The notes below the pieces were generated by a model. The model was not told where the DNA came from, did no database searches, and saw only the letters and a list, made by a program, of their open reading frames with translations. Position numbers and translations under genes: made by a program. This document shows positions 1 to 11,800 of a stretch of 64,000 bases of DNA, one piece after another. Source of the DNA: Vicugna vicugna (taxonomy: Eukaryota); the NCBI GenBank assembly GCA_013265495.1, contig MU061578.1, positions 4,971,308 through 5,035,307 of the forward strand, in the 5' to 3' direction. The stretch's first letter is position 1; every line of letters starts with the position of its first letter.

Positions 1-999
1 CCAGATGGTGCTCAGGCTACCCAGCTGGACTGTTTCCCTGCCCAAACCTGCTAGTATGTGGCTGGGACTCAGGAGTTCTAGCACTGAACCGTCTGTGACT
101 CGGCCCTCCCCATGGATCAAACCAGACTCCCTACCTGTCACAGGAGGTCCTCAACAGCTGACCAAGGCCCTGTCACCTACTGGGCTATACCTGCCCCCCA
201 CCCCAACATACACACACACATACATGCACAGCTCCAGCTTCCTCCCTGCCAGCTTTAATGCCCATCATGGTGATGCAAGTAGACACTCAGAGACCCAGGG
301 GTGGTTTGGGACAAGAGTTTGGCCTGATCCCAGTGGGGAATGCCAGCTTCATCACTTAGGTGAGCTCAGGCCAGTCCTGGGGTGCAGTCCTTCCTGAACA
401 TGAGGCAGGAGGGACCCAAGTGAGCTCCCTGGGTACATCTGATACCTATGTAGCTCATGATATCCCAACAGCTTGGCAAAGTTGAATTACAGGCATCTGG
501 CTGATGAGGAAACTGAGGCTTGGGCAAGTTAAGGAATCTAAACCACACACAACTAGAAATTGGAGCAGCTTGGATTCAAAATCAGACCTGGCCCCAATCC
601 TGGGTTCTTTCTACTAGAGCAGACTGCTGCCTTGGGGATACCCCAAAACCACCAGCCGGGATTGTCCTCCTTTGCCCTGAATGTGCCCTGTAGGGATGGG
701 GGAGGGAGGAGCATCTGGGCCCCAGTCTTCAGATGCAGGGCCCAGCCTGCCTGAGGGAGGAGGCAGCCAGACCCCCGCCCAGCACGTGGCACAACCCCAG
801 GAGCAGTCAAAGCCTGGCTGTAGGCCGGGGGCCGACTGGGTGGTCCCCCATGGGCTGCGTGGCTGAGCCACCCCTCCAACCCCTCCCGCCAGCACATTCC
901 TGGCTCCCCAGCCCCTCCCCCGACCCCAGGGCCTCCCAGCCCCCTCCCCCGCTGGCCCAGCCAGTGTCTGAATCTGCTTCTGATTCCGGCTCTGCCGAC

Positions 1000-1750
1000 G
1001 AGGCCCCCTCCCCTCCCTTCCCCTCCCTCCTTCACGGCCCGAGCAGCCCCGCCCCCGGCTGGGCCCAGGCGTGCGCCTGCTGCGCCCCCCACCCCCTTCT
1101 GGCACAGCTCGCCCGCCCTCGCTGCAGCCAGGAGGAGGCGGCGGCCGGGGCGCCCCAGGCCCCGCCTGCCCTTGGCCCTTCCCGGGAGGCTGGGAGACCT
1201 GCTCTACCCGGCCCTCGGTGGGTGAGTGCGAGCGGCGGGTGGCGGGTGGGGCCTCTGCAGGCGGAGGCACCGAGAGCGGGGGCGACGCCTGTCATTGCTC
1301 CAGGCCCAGCGGGAGGACTCACCGACATCCCCGCTGCTCCGCTCGGCCAGGGCGTGCCCGCAGCTGCTCCCACCTCTGGGCCCCGGCTAGGGCCGCTTGG
1401 GGGCTCTGGTTGCTCCGCATTGAGGACCAGCAGGCAGAGCCTCGGAGCGGGCTCTCTCTCCCGAGGGCAGTGGCGTGGGACCCCGGCTGGCTGGCTGACC
1501 CACGGCGGCTCCGGCCATGCCCGGCTGGCCCTGGGGGCTGCTGCTGACCGCGGGCACGCTTTTGGCCGCCCTGAGCCCGGGGCCACCGGCGCCCGCCGAC
1601 CCCTGCCATGACGAGGGGGGCGCGCCCCGCGGCTGCGTGCCCGGCCTGGTGAACGCGGCCTTGGGCCGCGAGGTGCAGGCGTCCAGCACGTGCGGGCGGC
1701 CGGCCACGCGGGCCTGCGACGCCTCCGATCCGCGGCGGGCACACCCTGCC
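1000..1750. promoter_or_regulatory. CpG-rich NTN3 promoter/5' region
   Basis: High GC and CpG density around and upstream of the NTN3 ATG. Confidence 0.6.
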
Positions 1751-2444
1751 AGCCTCCTAACCTCCGCAGGGGGCACCACAAGCCCTCTATGCTGGCGTTC
1801 GGACTCGCTAACGCAGGTGCCCCTCAACGTGACCCTCACAGTGCCCCTGGGCAAGGCTTTTGAGCTGGTGTTCGTGAGCTTGCGCTTCTGCTCGCCACCC
1901 CCAACCTCCGTGGCCCTGCTCAAGTCTCAGGACCATGGCCGAAGCTGGGCTCCACTGGGCTTCTTCTCCTCCTGCTGTGGCCTGGATTACGGCCGCCTGC
2001 CTGCCCCTGCTAATGGCCCAGCTGGCCCGGGGCCTGAAGCCCTGTGCTTCCCTGAGCCCCAGGCCCAGCCTGACGGTGGTGGCCTTCTGGCCTTCAGCGT
2101 GCAGGATGGCAGCCCGCCAGGCCTGGATCTGGACAGCAGCCCAGTGCTCCAAGACTGGGTGACCGCCACAGACATTCAAATAGTGCTCACAAGGCCTACC
2201 ATGCTGGGGGACACCAGAGACTCCACAGCCATGGTCCCTTACTCCTACTCTGCCACTGAGCTCCAGGTGGGTGGGCGCTGTAAGTGCAATGGGCATGCCT
2301 CCAGGTGCCTGCTGGACCCCCAGGGCCATCTGATCTGCGACTGCCGGCATGGCACCGAGGGCCCGGACTGCAGCCGCTGCAAGCCCTTCTACTGCGACAG
2401 GCCATGGCAGCGGGCCACTGCCCGGGAAGCCCACGCCTGCCTTG
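1517..2444 (+). CDS. NTN3: Netrin-3 coding exon 1 (signal peptide, laminin N-terminal domain, EGF1)
   Basis: [13 protein letters not shown]... signal peptide; [14 protein letters not shown] laminin/netrin motif; donor G|GTGAG after HACL. The six exons total 1743 nt = 580 aa + stop. Confidence 0.97.
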
Positions 2445-2515
2445 GTGAGGCCCTGGAGGGTCGCCTGGGGATCTTAGACCAGGCGAGCCTATCCCTGACC
2501 CATCCTTCCCTGCAG

Positions 2516-2704
2516 CTTGCTCCTGCAATGGCCATGCCCGCCGCTGCCGCTTCAACATGGAGCTGTACCGACTGTCTGGCCGCCGCAGTGGCGGTGTCTG
2601 CCTCAACTGCCGGCACAATACTGCTGGCCGGCACTGCCACTACTGCCGGGAGGGCTTCTATAGAGACCTGGGCCGTGCCCTGAGTGACCGCCGAGCTTGC
2701 AGGG
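2516..2704 (+). CDS. NTN3: Netrin-3 exon 2 (laminin EGF2)
   Basis: tgcag| acceptor; [43 protein letters not shown]; donor gtgagc. Confidence 0.96.
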
Positions 2705-2790
2705 GTGAGCCACCTGCCACCTATACACCCTCACCCTCTGGTTTCCCACATCCCTAGATGGGCTTCTGACCATCCCACTTCTGTCCTTAG

Positions 2791-2940
2791 CCTGTGACTG
2801 TCACCCTGTTGGTGCTGCTGGCAAAACCTGCAACCAGACCACAGGCCAGTGTCCCTGCAAGGATGGCGTCACTGGCCTCACCTGCAACCGCTGTGCCCCT
2901 GGCTTCCAGCAGAGCCGCTCTCCAGTAGCACCCTGCGTTA
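2791..2940 (+). CDS. NTN3: Netrin-3 exon 3 (laminin EGF3)
   Basis: cttag| [49 protein letters not shown] |gtgagt. Confidence 0.96.
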
Positions 2941-3111
2941 GTGAGTGACGCCGCCCTGCTTAGACCACCTCAGACGAGGTCACCCCAGCTTTCTCTGCTG
3001 CCTACCTGTTCCCTGAGCCCTGCACATCCCCCTGCCCCCCTCAACTGTCTCCTGAGCCCTGCAGAGTCCCCTACCCCCCTCAAACGCAGGCCATTATCCC
3101 ATACTTTCCAG

Positions 3112-3162
3112 AGACCCCTGTCCCTGGACCCACTGAGGAGAGCAGCCCTGTGGACCCCCAGG
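3112..3162 (+). CDS. NTN3: Netrin-3 exon 4 (linker)
   Basis: ttccag| KTPVPGPTEESSPVDPQ |gtgagt; phase consistent. Confidence 0.92.
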
Positions 3163-3289
3163 GTGAGTGGAGATCCCAGACCACCATGTCCATAGGGGGA
3201 GGGGGTAATGGGTTCAAGGAAGGGAAGAGGAAAGGATGGGGGAAGGAGGTGGGGATCTGTGCCAACCTCCTCCTGCGCCCTCCTCCCAG

Positions 3290-3364
3290 ACTGCGAATTG
3301 CACTGCAAACCCGCCCGTGGCAGCTACCGCATCAGCCTGAAGAAGTTCTGCAGGAAGGACTACG
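3290..3364 (+). CDS. NTN3: Netrin-3 exon 5 (start of NTR/C345C domain)
   Basis: cccag| [25 protein letters not shown] |gtagg. Confidence 0.94.
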
Positions 3365-3661
3365 GTAGGCTGCTCTGAGGCCTCCTGCCCTCGACCTCCT
3401 CACCTTGCCCTCACTTTCCCTCTGGATACCCTGACCCTAGCTGGACCCCAAGGCCATACCACACCCCTCTGGTCCTCCGCTGTCCCTGTCACCGCCGTGT
3501 CAGCCCCCCGTGGCCTCCGTGTGCTCGCGATGCTACGTGTCCCCTGTGGGTTCCTCCTCCGCGCCCCTCCCACCCCCGCGGCCGCCGGGTTCTCCTCTGC
3601 GCGGCCCGCCCCCTCCGGGCCCCGCCCCGCCTGAACCTGCCTCCTCTCGCCCCCCTCGCAG

Positions 3662-4011
3662 CGGTGCAGGTGGCAGTGGGCGCGCGCGGCGAGGCGCGCG
3701 GCTCCTGGACGCGCTTCCCGGTGGCCGTGCTTGCCGTGTTCCGGAGCGGCGAGGAGCGCGCGCGGCGCGGGAGCAGCGCGCTGTGGGTGCCGGCGCGGGA
3801 CGCCGCCTGCGGCTGCCCGCGCTTACTGCCCGGCCGCCGCTACCTGCTGCTGGGGGGCGGGCCCGGGGCCGCGGTCGGGGGCCCCGGGGGCCGGGGCCCC
3901 GGGCTCAGCGCCGCCCGCGGGAGCCTCGTGCTGCCCTGGCGGGATGCGTGGACGAGGCGCCTTCGGAGGCTGCAGCGGCGCGAGCGGCGGGGGCGCTGCG
4001 GGGCGGCCTGA
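3662..4011 (+). CDS. NTN3: Netrin-3 exon 6 (NTR domain, stop)
   Basis: cgcag| AVQVAVG...[17 protein letters not shown]...[13 protein letters not shown]. Confidence 0.95.
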
Positions 4012-4899
4012 GCCCGCAGGCCGGGCGGGGACCAGGCGGGGGCCGGGCGGGGCCCTTCCCATACATCAAGGCGCACGTTCATCCAGTGCATCAGCCTGCT
4101 GAGGAGTCTTTGCTCACGTCGCGCGCGTCGCCATCTGGGCCCTCGCCCGACCCTGCCCCGCGCCTCCCTCAGTGCCTCGAGCTCCTGCCCAGGAGGGGTG
4201 TAACAGACACAACGAAACCTCCGCCCCAACCCAGAGGGATGTAATAGCCCCAAAGAGTTGTTTCGAGGCCCCCCTTGGCAGATGTCATTCCAGAGTACTC
4301 CTTGGTCCCCCACCTTGGAGCTATCTGCTCCCCTGCAAGAGGGCACCGTGATCCTAGAGGGCTTTCACAGCCGAACGGTTAGAGGCTCTGCGAACACCCC
4401 AAGGAGGTGACACCTCCCCCGTGATGTCGTAGTCCCTGAGCGTTCCCACTTTCCCAAAAGGAAGTGACCCCCTTTTCCCTAAACAGTTATGAATCCCATT
4501 GTGACGCCAGGACCTATAGAAGTCTGAGAACACCCCCAAGAGCCGCTGTGACTCCACCCTCCCCACGGACTCTGTGATCCGCCAGAGAGCGCTCTGACTC
4601 CCCAGGAAGCACCGCGGCCACCCACCATAGACGTTTTTGGACCCCCATGGGGCTCCATGACACGGGCTCCCCCGCCCCCTGTCAAGACCTGCAGAGGGCG
4701 CTGTGACTCCTCCCCCAACGAGGACGGCGGCCTCTGGTCCTCGTCTGTCCCTCCTGTCACCTCTGTCTGCCATGTTGGGCGTCCGTGTCCCTGTCCCTGC
4801 TGTGTCTTTGCCTGTATTCGGCCTCTTTCTTGGCCTGTGGTGTCCCTGTCTCTTGTCTCCGTCTGGCCGTCTCTCTTGGCCTGTGCCTCAGGGCTCCAC

Positions 4900-5800
4900 C
4901 GCTCAAGTCCCGCCCGGAGGACCCCTGCTCCCCTTCTCCGCCCGCTTGGGACCGGACGTCGTGCCCACACGGACGCGCGTTCCCAGGTCTACGCGTGACC
5001 CGGCGCGGCAGCGACTCGGGCGGGCACCCCTCCGGACTCCCGATGTCCCAGGTCTTGCTGGAGGGTAGGCCCCCGCAGCACCCCCCCGACTCACTCGCGC
5101 CCCCTCCCCTCGCACCCGGGCCCTTGCTGAGCCCGCGCATGCTCCGCCGCCTCTCCGCCCGGCGTCTGTGCGCATGCCCAGGTCCACTGCGACCGAGACC
5201 CGCGGGCGCCCCGGGTGGGCAGCTGGCGGAGAGTCTCGGCGGGGGCGGGGCCGCGCGCGCGCGTGCGCAGAAAGGCCGGCTCCCTGTCTCTCGGCTAGCT
5301 GAGGAGAAAGCGGTGTGGCCGGCGGAGGTGGGTTCGCGGCCCGCGCCGCGGGAGGAGGTAGGTGCACGGCCGGGCGGGCAGGAGATTGACGGCCCGGCGC
5401 GGGGACCGCGGGGGCTGCAGGACAGGGTGGCCAGCTGTCACTGCAGCCGGGGCGTGCTGACAGAGGGGGCGTGGGGGCCTGGCTGCGGGGCCTCGGTCCG
5501 AGGCGGGGCGCGGGGGCCGGCCGTGGCGCTGGTCGGGGGTTCAGAGCCCGCGCGCCCGGGGCCCGCGGCCGTCCGCCTGGCACTACCTGCCGCCCCCCGC
5601 CTGATACTGCCAGCCCGCCCCGAGGACCGAGCGCCAGGCGGGGCGTGAGATGGGGCCGAAGCCTGCCTCGGCGCTGCGGGACACCCACCCCAAGGGCAGA
5701 GCCCGCGCCCCTCGCCAGGCGCTGTCCGCGCCCCGGCCGGCTCAGGGCGAGGCGGCTGTCGGAAAGAGCTGTCTGTGTCACTCCTTCCTCGGGGCGCTTT
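4900..5800 (+). promoter_or_regulatory. TBC1D24: TBC1D24 CpG-island promoter and probable non-coding exon 1 (candidate donors GAG|GTGGGT after 5327 or GAG|GTAGGT after 5357)
   Basis: Dense CpG; GC boxes (GGGGCGGGG ~5242, ~5505); NRF1-like TGCGCATGC ~5169; nearest island upstream of TBC1D24 exon 2. Exon boundaries are inferred. Confidence 0.65.
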
Positions 5801-8800
5801 CCGCCTCTGCGGGGTAGGAAATCCTCTTCTGGACTCGAAATTGCAACAGATTCTCAGATAACGTTCTGCCTTTAAAGACGTGCAGCTGCTCCAGTCCCAG
5901 CCCTCCGCTAGCCCCGAGATGACACGCCCGCCCACCTGCCACCTAGGTATCTACCCAGCCTCTGAGCTCCGTCTGGCGGGTGCCGCCTTGGGTGGTCGCT
6001 GTGCCAGGCGGCAGTTGTCCTCCAGGCTGTGCCGGGGAGACAGATGCATTTCCACAGGGCCCCTGGCACGGTGCTTTCTGAGCCTTGAGTAAGCATAGCT
6101 GGAGGTTGGGGAGGGGCTGCGTCCGGTCAAGGTCCTCCCTGGGCAAGGGTGCTAATAGCCTGGTGACCTCACTCGGGACAGATATAAATGAGCAGTCGGT
6201 CTTCTGGATTGGCTGGAGGTTGTCTAAGGACCACCTGGGCTGTGCGGAGGCGCAGGCTGTTAGGTTAGCAGTGTGCCTGAAATGCAGGCCTGGGGGCCCA
6301 AGTGCTTGTGGTTGTGATATTGGTGTTGAGGTTTTTCCCCAGCTGTTTATTCCTGTCAGGAGTCTGTCTGCCTTTCCAGAGCCAACAGAAGCCCTGGAAG
6401 GTGGTTTTTCTTATTTCTGTGTATGTTTGCTGTGACTTCCAGGCAATTGCAGGGGGCAAAAATGGGCAAAAAACTGTCTATTATTTGGCAGATGTAGCTG
6501 TTTACCTTACTTGAGGGCAAGGGTTCCATCTTCACTTTCTTGCCCTAGCACATAGTAGCCACCTTGAAATATTGACTTAATGGCCTTAAGAAGTGTGCAG
6601 GTTCTTTTCTTTTTAAAGGATACAGGCTGGGAGAAACAAACTCAGGTAAGAAAAGATCAAAAAATCCCTCAAAGGTTTTACAGTTACCATTTCTGGCCGG
6701 TGGTACTACTCCCACATGCACTTCCTTTTATGCTGAAGGTTGGTCCTCATCTAATCTTCTCAGCCCTCAGATAAAGCTGTAGGTGAAGCACTTATCTAGT
6801 TACGAGTAGTCTGTTTAGAAGCAGACCATGTCTCATTCGTCTTTGCCTGGCAGGGAATAGGCCAGAGGTTCTCCCTGAATGGTTGTTGAAATGAACCATG
6901 GTGCAGTGGTTTTTTGTCGGGGTGAAGGATGACCTTCAGAGGATACAGAGGTAATCTAGTAATCTAGGCAGGCTTTTCATAACAATAACAAAATTCACCC
7001 CCTGAATTTGCAAGTTCCCCTGCAGGTGGGCCCCACTAGCTACCACTGACCACAGCTGCCAGGACTGTCCAGCAGGCCAGGTGACCTTGGGCACACTGTA
7101 TTGCTCCTAATTCTCATTACCATCTGAGCCAACCTCAGAAAATATGTTTAAGTGTTTGCTTTTAGATGGTTTCTGGTTTAAAGTGAAGAAGGACAATGAA
7201 GCAGGTTATAAAAAAGCACTTAACATTTACCCTGTTCAGAGTTTGACCTGTTTGAGCATACCTTCTCTGTTGTGACAACTCTGTACAGGGAAGAAAGATG
7301 CCCTTTTCAACTCGAAGCAGCAGTTTCAGTGGCTGTTTCAAGTGTCACTTTCCAAATGCAGATAACATCAAAGAAACACCACCTTATAAGACCAGTAATC
7401 AACTTGAATTCATGATTTGTTGAGTTTCATTATTCTCTCAATATACATTTATCCAAATCATACTTCACACGATGCCCTGTGTTCTGTGGCTACAAAACTG
7501 AGTGCACCTCTGCCCTTGAGGAGCTTACTGTGCGGTGGGGAGATGGGCCCATGAACTTCACTGTGGTAGGTGCACCTGTAGAAATGGACAGAGCTTGACA
7601 TGAGCTCAGAGGAGTAGAATCCAGCTGGCCTCTAGTGGGGACTCCTGAGAAGGGCTTGAGTTAAATTTTGAAGATTGAACGGGAGTGGCAAGACCATGTG
7701 AGGGAGACTTCCAGGCAAAGGGACAGTGTGTGAAGTATGGGGCACACCCTCCCACGGGCTGCTGGGAGAAGGGCAGAGGATAGCTCCAGTGGTTGGGGTG
7801 AAGAGAGGGAGATGAAGTTAAGGAGCTAGGCTGGCGGCAGATCAGGAAGGCTTTGAGTACCAGGCCTGAACTTAAATTTTACCCTGATAGCTGTGGTGGG
7901 CCACTAAAGGATCTTGGGTTTGTGAGTGACTGGTTAGATTGTGCTCTCATGGGTTGTGCGACCACGCAGTTGTGGCCAGAATGGGCTGCTGAAAGGCTGC
8001 CCTGGGTAAAGGGTGCCTAACGGGACACTGTAACACACCTACCAAGACAAAAAGCCCAGTACCGAGGAAGGGCAGTGGGGATCAAAAAGAGAGCAAGACC
8101 AGGAGACAATTGGCTGTGGGGGTGGGAAGGGCTAGGGATAAAGGAGGACTTAGAGAACACTCCAAGACTGGCTTACTGGCAGCTGGTAGGGCCATGCCAC
8201 ACACAATATGCAGGAAGGGAGCAGGCCTGGGAATGGATGATGACTTTGAATACAGGGATGTTGAGCTGAGGGTGGATAAGACTTCCTGGGTATATGTTGA
8301 TCTGGAGCCAAGGAGAGCAAACGGGGTTCAAAAGCATTCTGGGCACTTGTTCCTGTGTGGCACTGAAGCCAGAGAGTAGAGTGGGAGAGTGTACGGAATG
8401 AGGAAAAGAAGACCGAACCCTAGAGGTACCTAATGTTTTATGTCTGTAAAACACAGAGGAAATAAAGTAACAAAACTGATTAATAAGCTCTTGCCTTTGT
8501 GGAACATGGAGGCAGAATAGTGGGTTTTTCATTTCTGTCACAGAGCCCTAGTTTGTTGGTTAAACAGCAAAATGGAAAATACTAAAGTTACAAAATCACA
8601 CAATTGATTCCAGAGGCCTTCCTGTCTTGTATGTTTATTTGCCTTTTGGGAAGCTTCCAGATTGTCACTCATCTCAAAGGACCACCTTCCCCTCCAGACA
8701 GAGGGTTGGTGCTCTCAGACCTTTCTCGCAATTAGATCTCCGAAATAAAACCTTCTGAGACATAGAGACAGATCCGAGGTTGCAGAGTTCTCTGGGTCCT

Positions 8801-11800
8801 CTTGCTCTCCTTCCAGGACTCCAGTTTCTGTGTAATAGATCAGCATTAGCAGCAGGTGGGAAAAATTCTTGGGGATACAGAGGCCAGGAGTGTAGTGCCC
8901 CCTCCCCAGTCTTTCTCCCACAGTGAGGGGCACACAGGAGAGGCTGAGGAAAGGCTCATGTTGCAAAAGGAGTCTCTGCCCACAAGGCAGTGCATGGCCC
9001 TGCAGGCCTGTGCCAACCTCTGGATAAGTGCTGTTTGTTAGCAGTTACCTTTGTCTCTTATGGAACCTACTCACTTGGAGCATGTGAGACAGGATCTCCT
9101 TCTGTCTTGTGCAGTTAAATTCCCCCACCTGGCCATGGGACCTTATCTGTCTCAGCCAGGTATTGCCCAGGGCTCTGCTGGCAGGGGTCACATGTGAGCC
9201 ATTGAGGTTTCTCCCTCCGTCCCGCCCAGACTGCGCTCTCCCTTTACAGGTGATTGAGAAGGCACTACACGTGGCTTGGCCTGTTTCCCATAATCTGAAA
9301 CTGTGTGTTTGCCTAATTGTTACACAATTTTAATTGGATACCACACACACTAAGGGTTGTTGTTTACCTATAGGTGATTCTGTTACCAATAAAAGCTCTT
9401 CTGCTGTGTAGTGTGCTAAATGTATTCATTACCTGTGTCCCCACCAAAAGTTTCCCTGGTTTCTGCCCCTTCAGCCTTTCCTTGTGTCAGTTTGCCATCA
9501 CTCCCTGATAATCTTCTGTAATTCCTTTTTCCTCAAGGGTTGTTCCAGCCTTCATAACTTGGTTAACCTGTGGGCCTTAGAAAGATCCCATGTATACATT
9601 AACTCCACCTGCCTCTGATTTCTTTCCCTGCCTTCCTGGACTGTCCCCTCCCCACCTCCCAGCCCACAAGAGCATTCTCCTTCCTCAGTGGCCCCGTGAA
9701 CCCCAGGACTCTGTCTTGGACCCTTTGGCTTCTTGGAGCCCATGAAGCTGGACTGTAGAGCTGCCTTTGACTCTGCACCATGAATGACCCGCACCGGCCT
9801 GCCTGCTTAAAGAGCTGAAGGGCTCCCCAGCCCCAAGTGGCCGTGCTCTCCAAGACCTGTCCTGTGCCCACGCTGTTTCTGCTGCTTCCTAGGCAAAGGC
9901 CTTCTCAGTGTTCAGGATTTAACTGAGGCAGGTGCTGGCTTAGGGAGGCTTTCCAGGCCCCTCTTTCCTCACAGGCTGGGCACCCGACACCCTGTGCTTT
10001 TCTCTCATAGCATCTGCATCTGAGTTGGCATGGTCAGTACACCCGTGTCCCCACATCCAGAAGCTCATTGAGAGCTAGGGCTAGGCTTTACATCTTTGTA
10101 TTCCAGCACTTGATGCACTGGCATTCAGGAAGTGTATCAAATGCCAATTAAAATGATTAAACCTGAAAGATTCCCTCCCATCCCAGCTCTGTTGTCAGGT
10201 CTGAAGATACCTGACTAGAGCCTGCTATGTGCCCGGCCTTCCAAGGCACACCTGTCACAGGCACTTTGCTTGGAATTCAGACCAGTCAAGATTCTAGCTT
10301 CCGACAGCTGGGTTCTCTTCCTCTGCTTCTCGTTCCATGCAGCTAGCTGATTTCTCCTGTGCCCTTTGTGGTGGTTTCCCCAGACTTACTGCTGAGCTCA
10401 GAAGATAAATACCCCAGGTTAGCAGAGCCCCATTCCAACCCCAGCCCCTGCCTATGGGTAGACCAGACCTGGCTGGGAAAAAGGTTTTCTGCCCAAGAAT
10501 GGGACTCAGGGAACCTTTTTGAATGGCTGATAAGGTTAGGAATCTGCCCTGCTCAGGTCCCACCCATAGGCTCAGGTGCCCTGGTAAAACCTGCATTTGA
10601 ACTTGTGGCCAGTGGCAGCAGTTGGCCAACCAACTGGCCTGAGGTGCTGTGACTAACACCTCCTTAATAGTTCCACCCCTTTATACCTGGCACGTGCCCT
10701 CCATTGTGTGCCATCAGCAAAGGGCCTACTATCAAATTCCCCGTTCTCTGGCAGCCTGGTAGTCACTGTTGGAATGCCAGTCACCAGCAGTATTTGAAAA
10801 ATCCCTTTGCTCTGCCTTCTCATCGTGTGAAGATGTCTGCTGGGAAGATCACACCCCTAGAACAACTTGGCGAATATTCCCTGTTGTTATTATTTAGAAT
10901 TAAATTTTTCTCTTGGGCCTGGGTGGCTTGGGATTTTCCTGAGTCTCCATCTGTTTCGTTCTTTCATTTCCACCTTCCTGGTGTGAGACACCAGGGCTCA
11001 AAAGCCACAGTAAGTAGAACAGCTGGACTCATTGCAGACCATCACCACAGTGTGCCAAGTTGAAACCAATTTGAATGAGGAGAGGTGGTGTGCAGGGATG
11101 CCAGCCTCAGCCCTGCCTGGGATATCGGAAGGGCTGGAAGGGCTGGTGAAGGAGAGGGCATTTGGGCCAAGGCTTGAAGCCAATTGGCCTGAGGGGAGAA
11201 AGGAGAACAGGTGCGTTCTGCCTTTCTTACTTTCCACTGTCAAGGTTCCTGACACTGCCACTGGAGGGCAGGTAGGGCCAGATCCTGAAGGGGGGTCAGG
11301 GGCAGGAAAGGGCTTCAGGTAGAGTGGGGCAGAGCGAGTTGAGAGTCAGAGCTGAGTTGCATTGGTGTCACAGGGAGTATGTGAAGGTTGGAAGACTTAA
11401 GGAAAGCAATTGGAGGTATGGGACTTGAGTTCACAAGAGAAATCTAGGCTGAGAAGGGGAGGGACTGCACAAAAGGGACATTTGAGGGACTAGAGCATCA
11501 GCAGCAGGAGAGGTAAACAGACATATATGAGGGAGGGGCTTCAGGAGGCCCAGGGAGAGAAGAGCTGAGAACAGTGGGGTCAGCACTGGGCGCTCCAGGG
11601 AGGTAAGGGCTCAGAGGTATCAGGTCTGGCAGCCGGGTGGTGAGGGAGGAGATGGATACAGCCTGCTCTCACCAGAAGCTTGACTGGGAAGGAAAGGAGA
11701 GACTAAGCTGGAGTGGAGTATCGTGTGCTGTGTTTGGGGGTTTGGGGGCCTGTCTGTAATGGCAGAGAGGGTGCACTAGAGATGCAGGAGAGTTCAGGTC

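Noticed and set aside
1517..2683. 388-aa ORF as a complete netrin protein
   Set aside because: It runs through the 71-nt intron 1 (2445-2515) and goes out of frame; the spliced model gives the full 580-aa protein
553..5935. Many long overlapping Pro/Gly/Arg/Ala-rich ORFs on both strands
   Set aside because: Expected from stop-codon scarcity in CpG islands; no domains and often non-ATG starts
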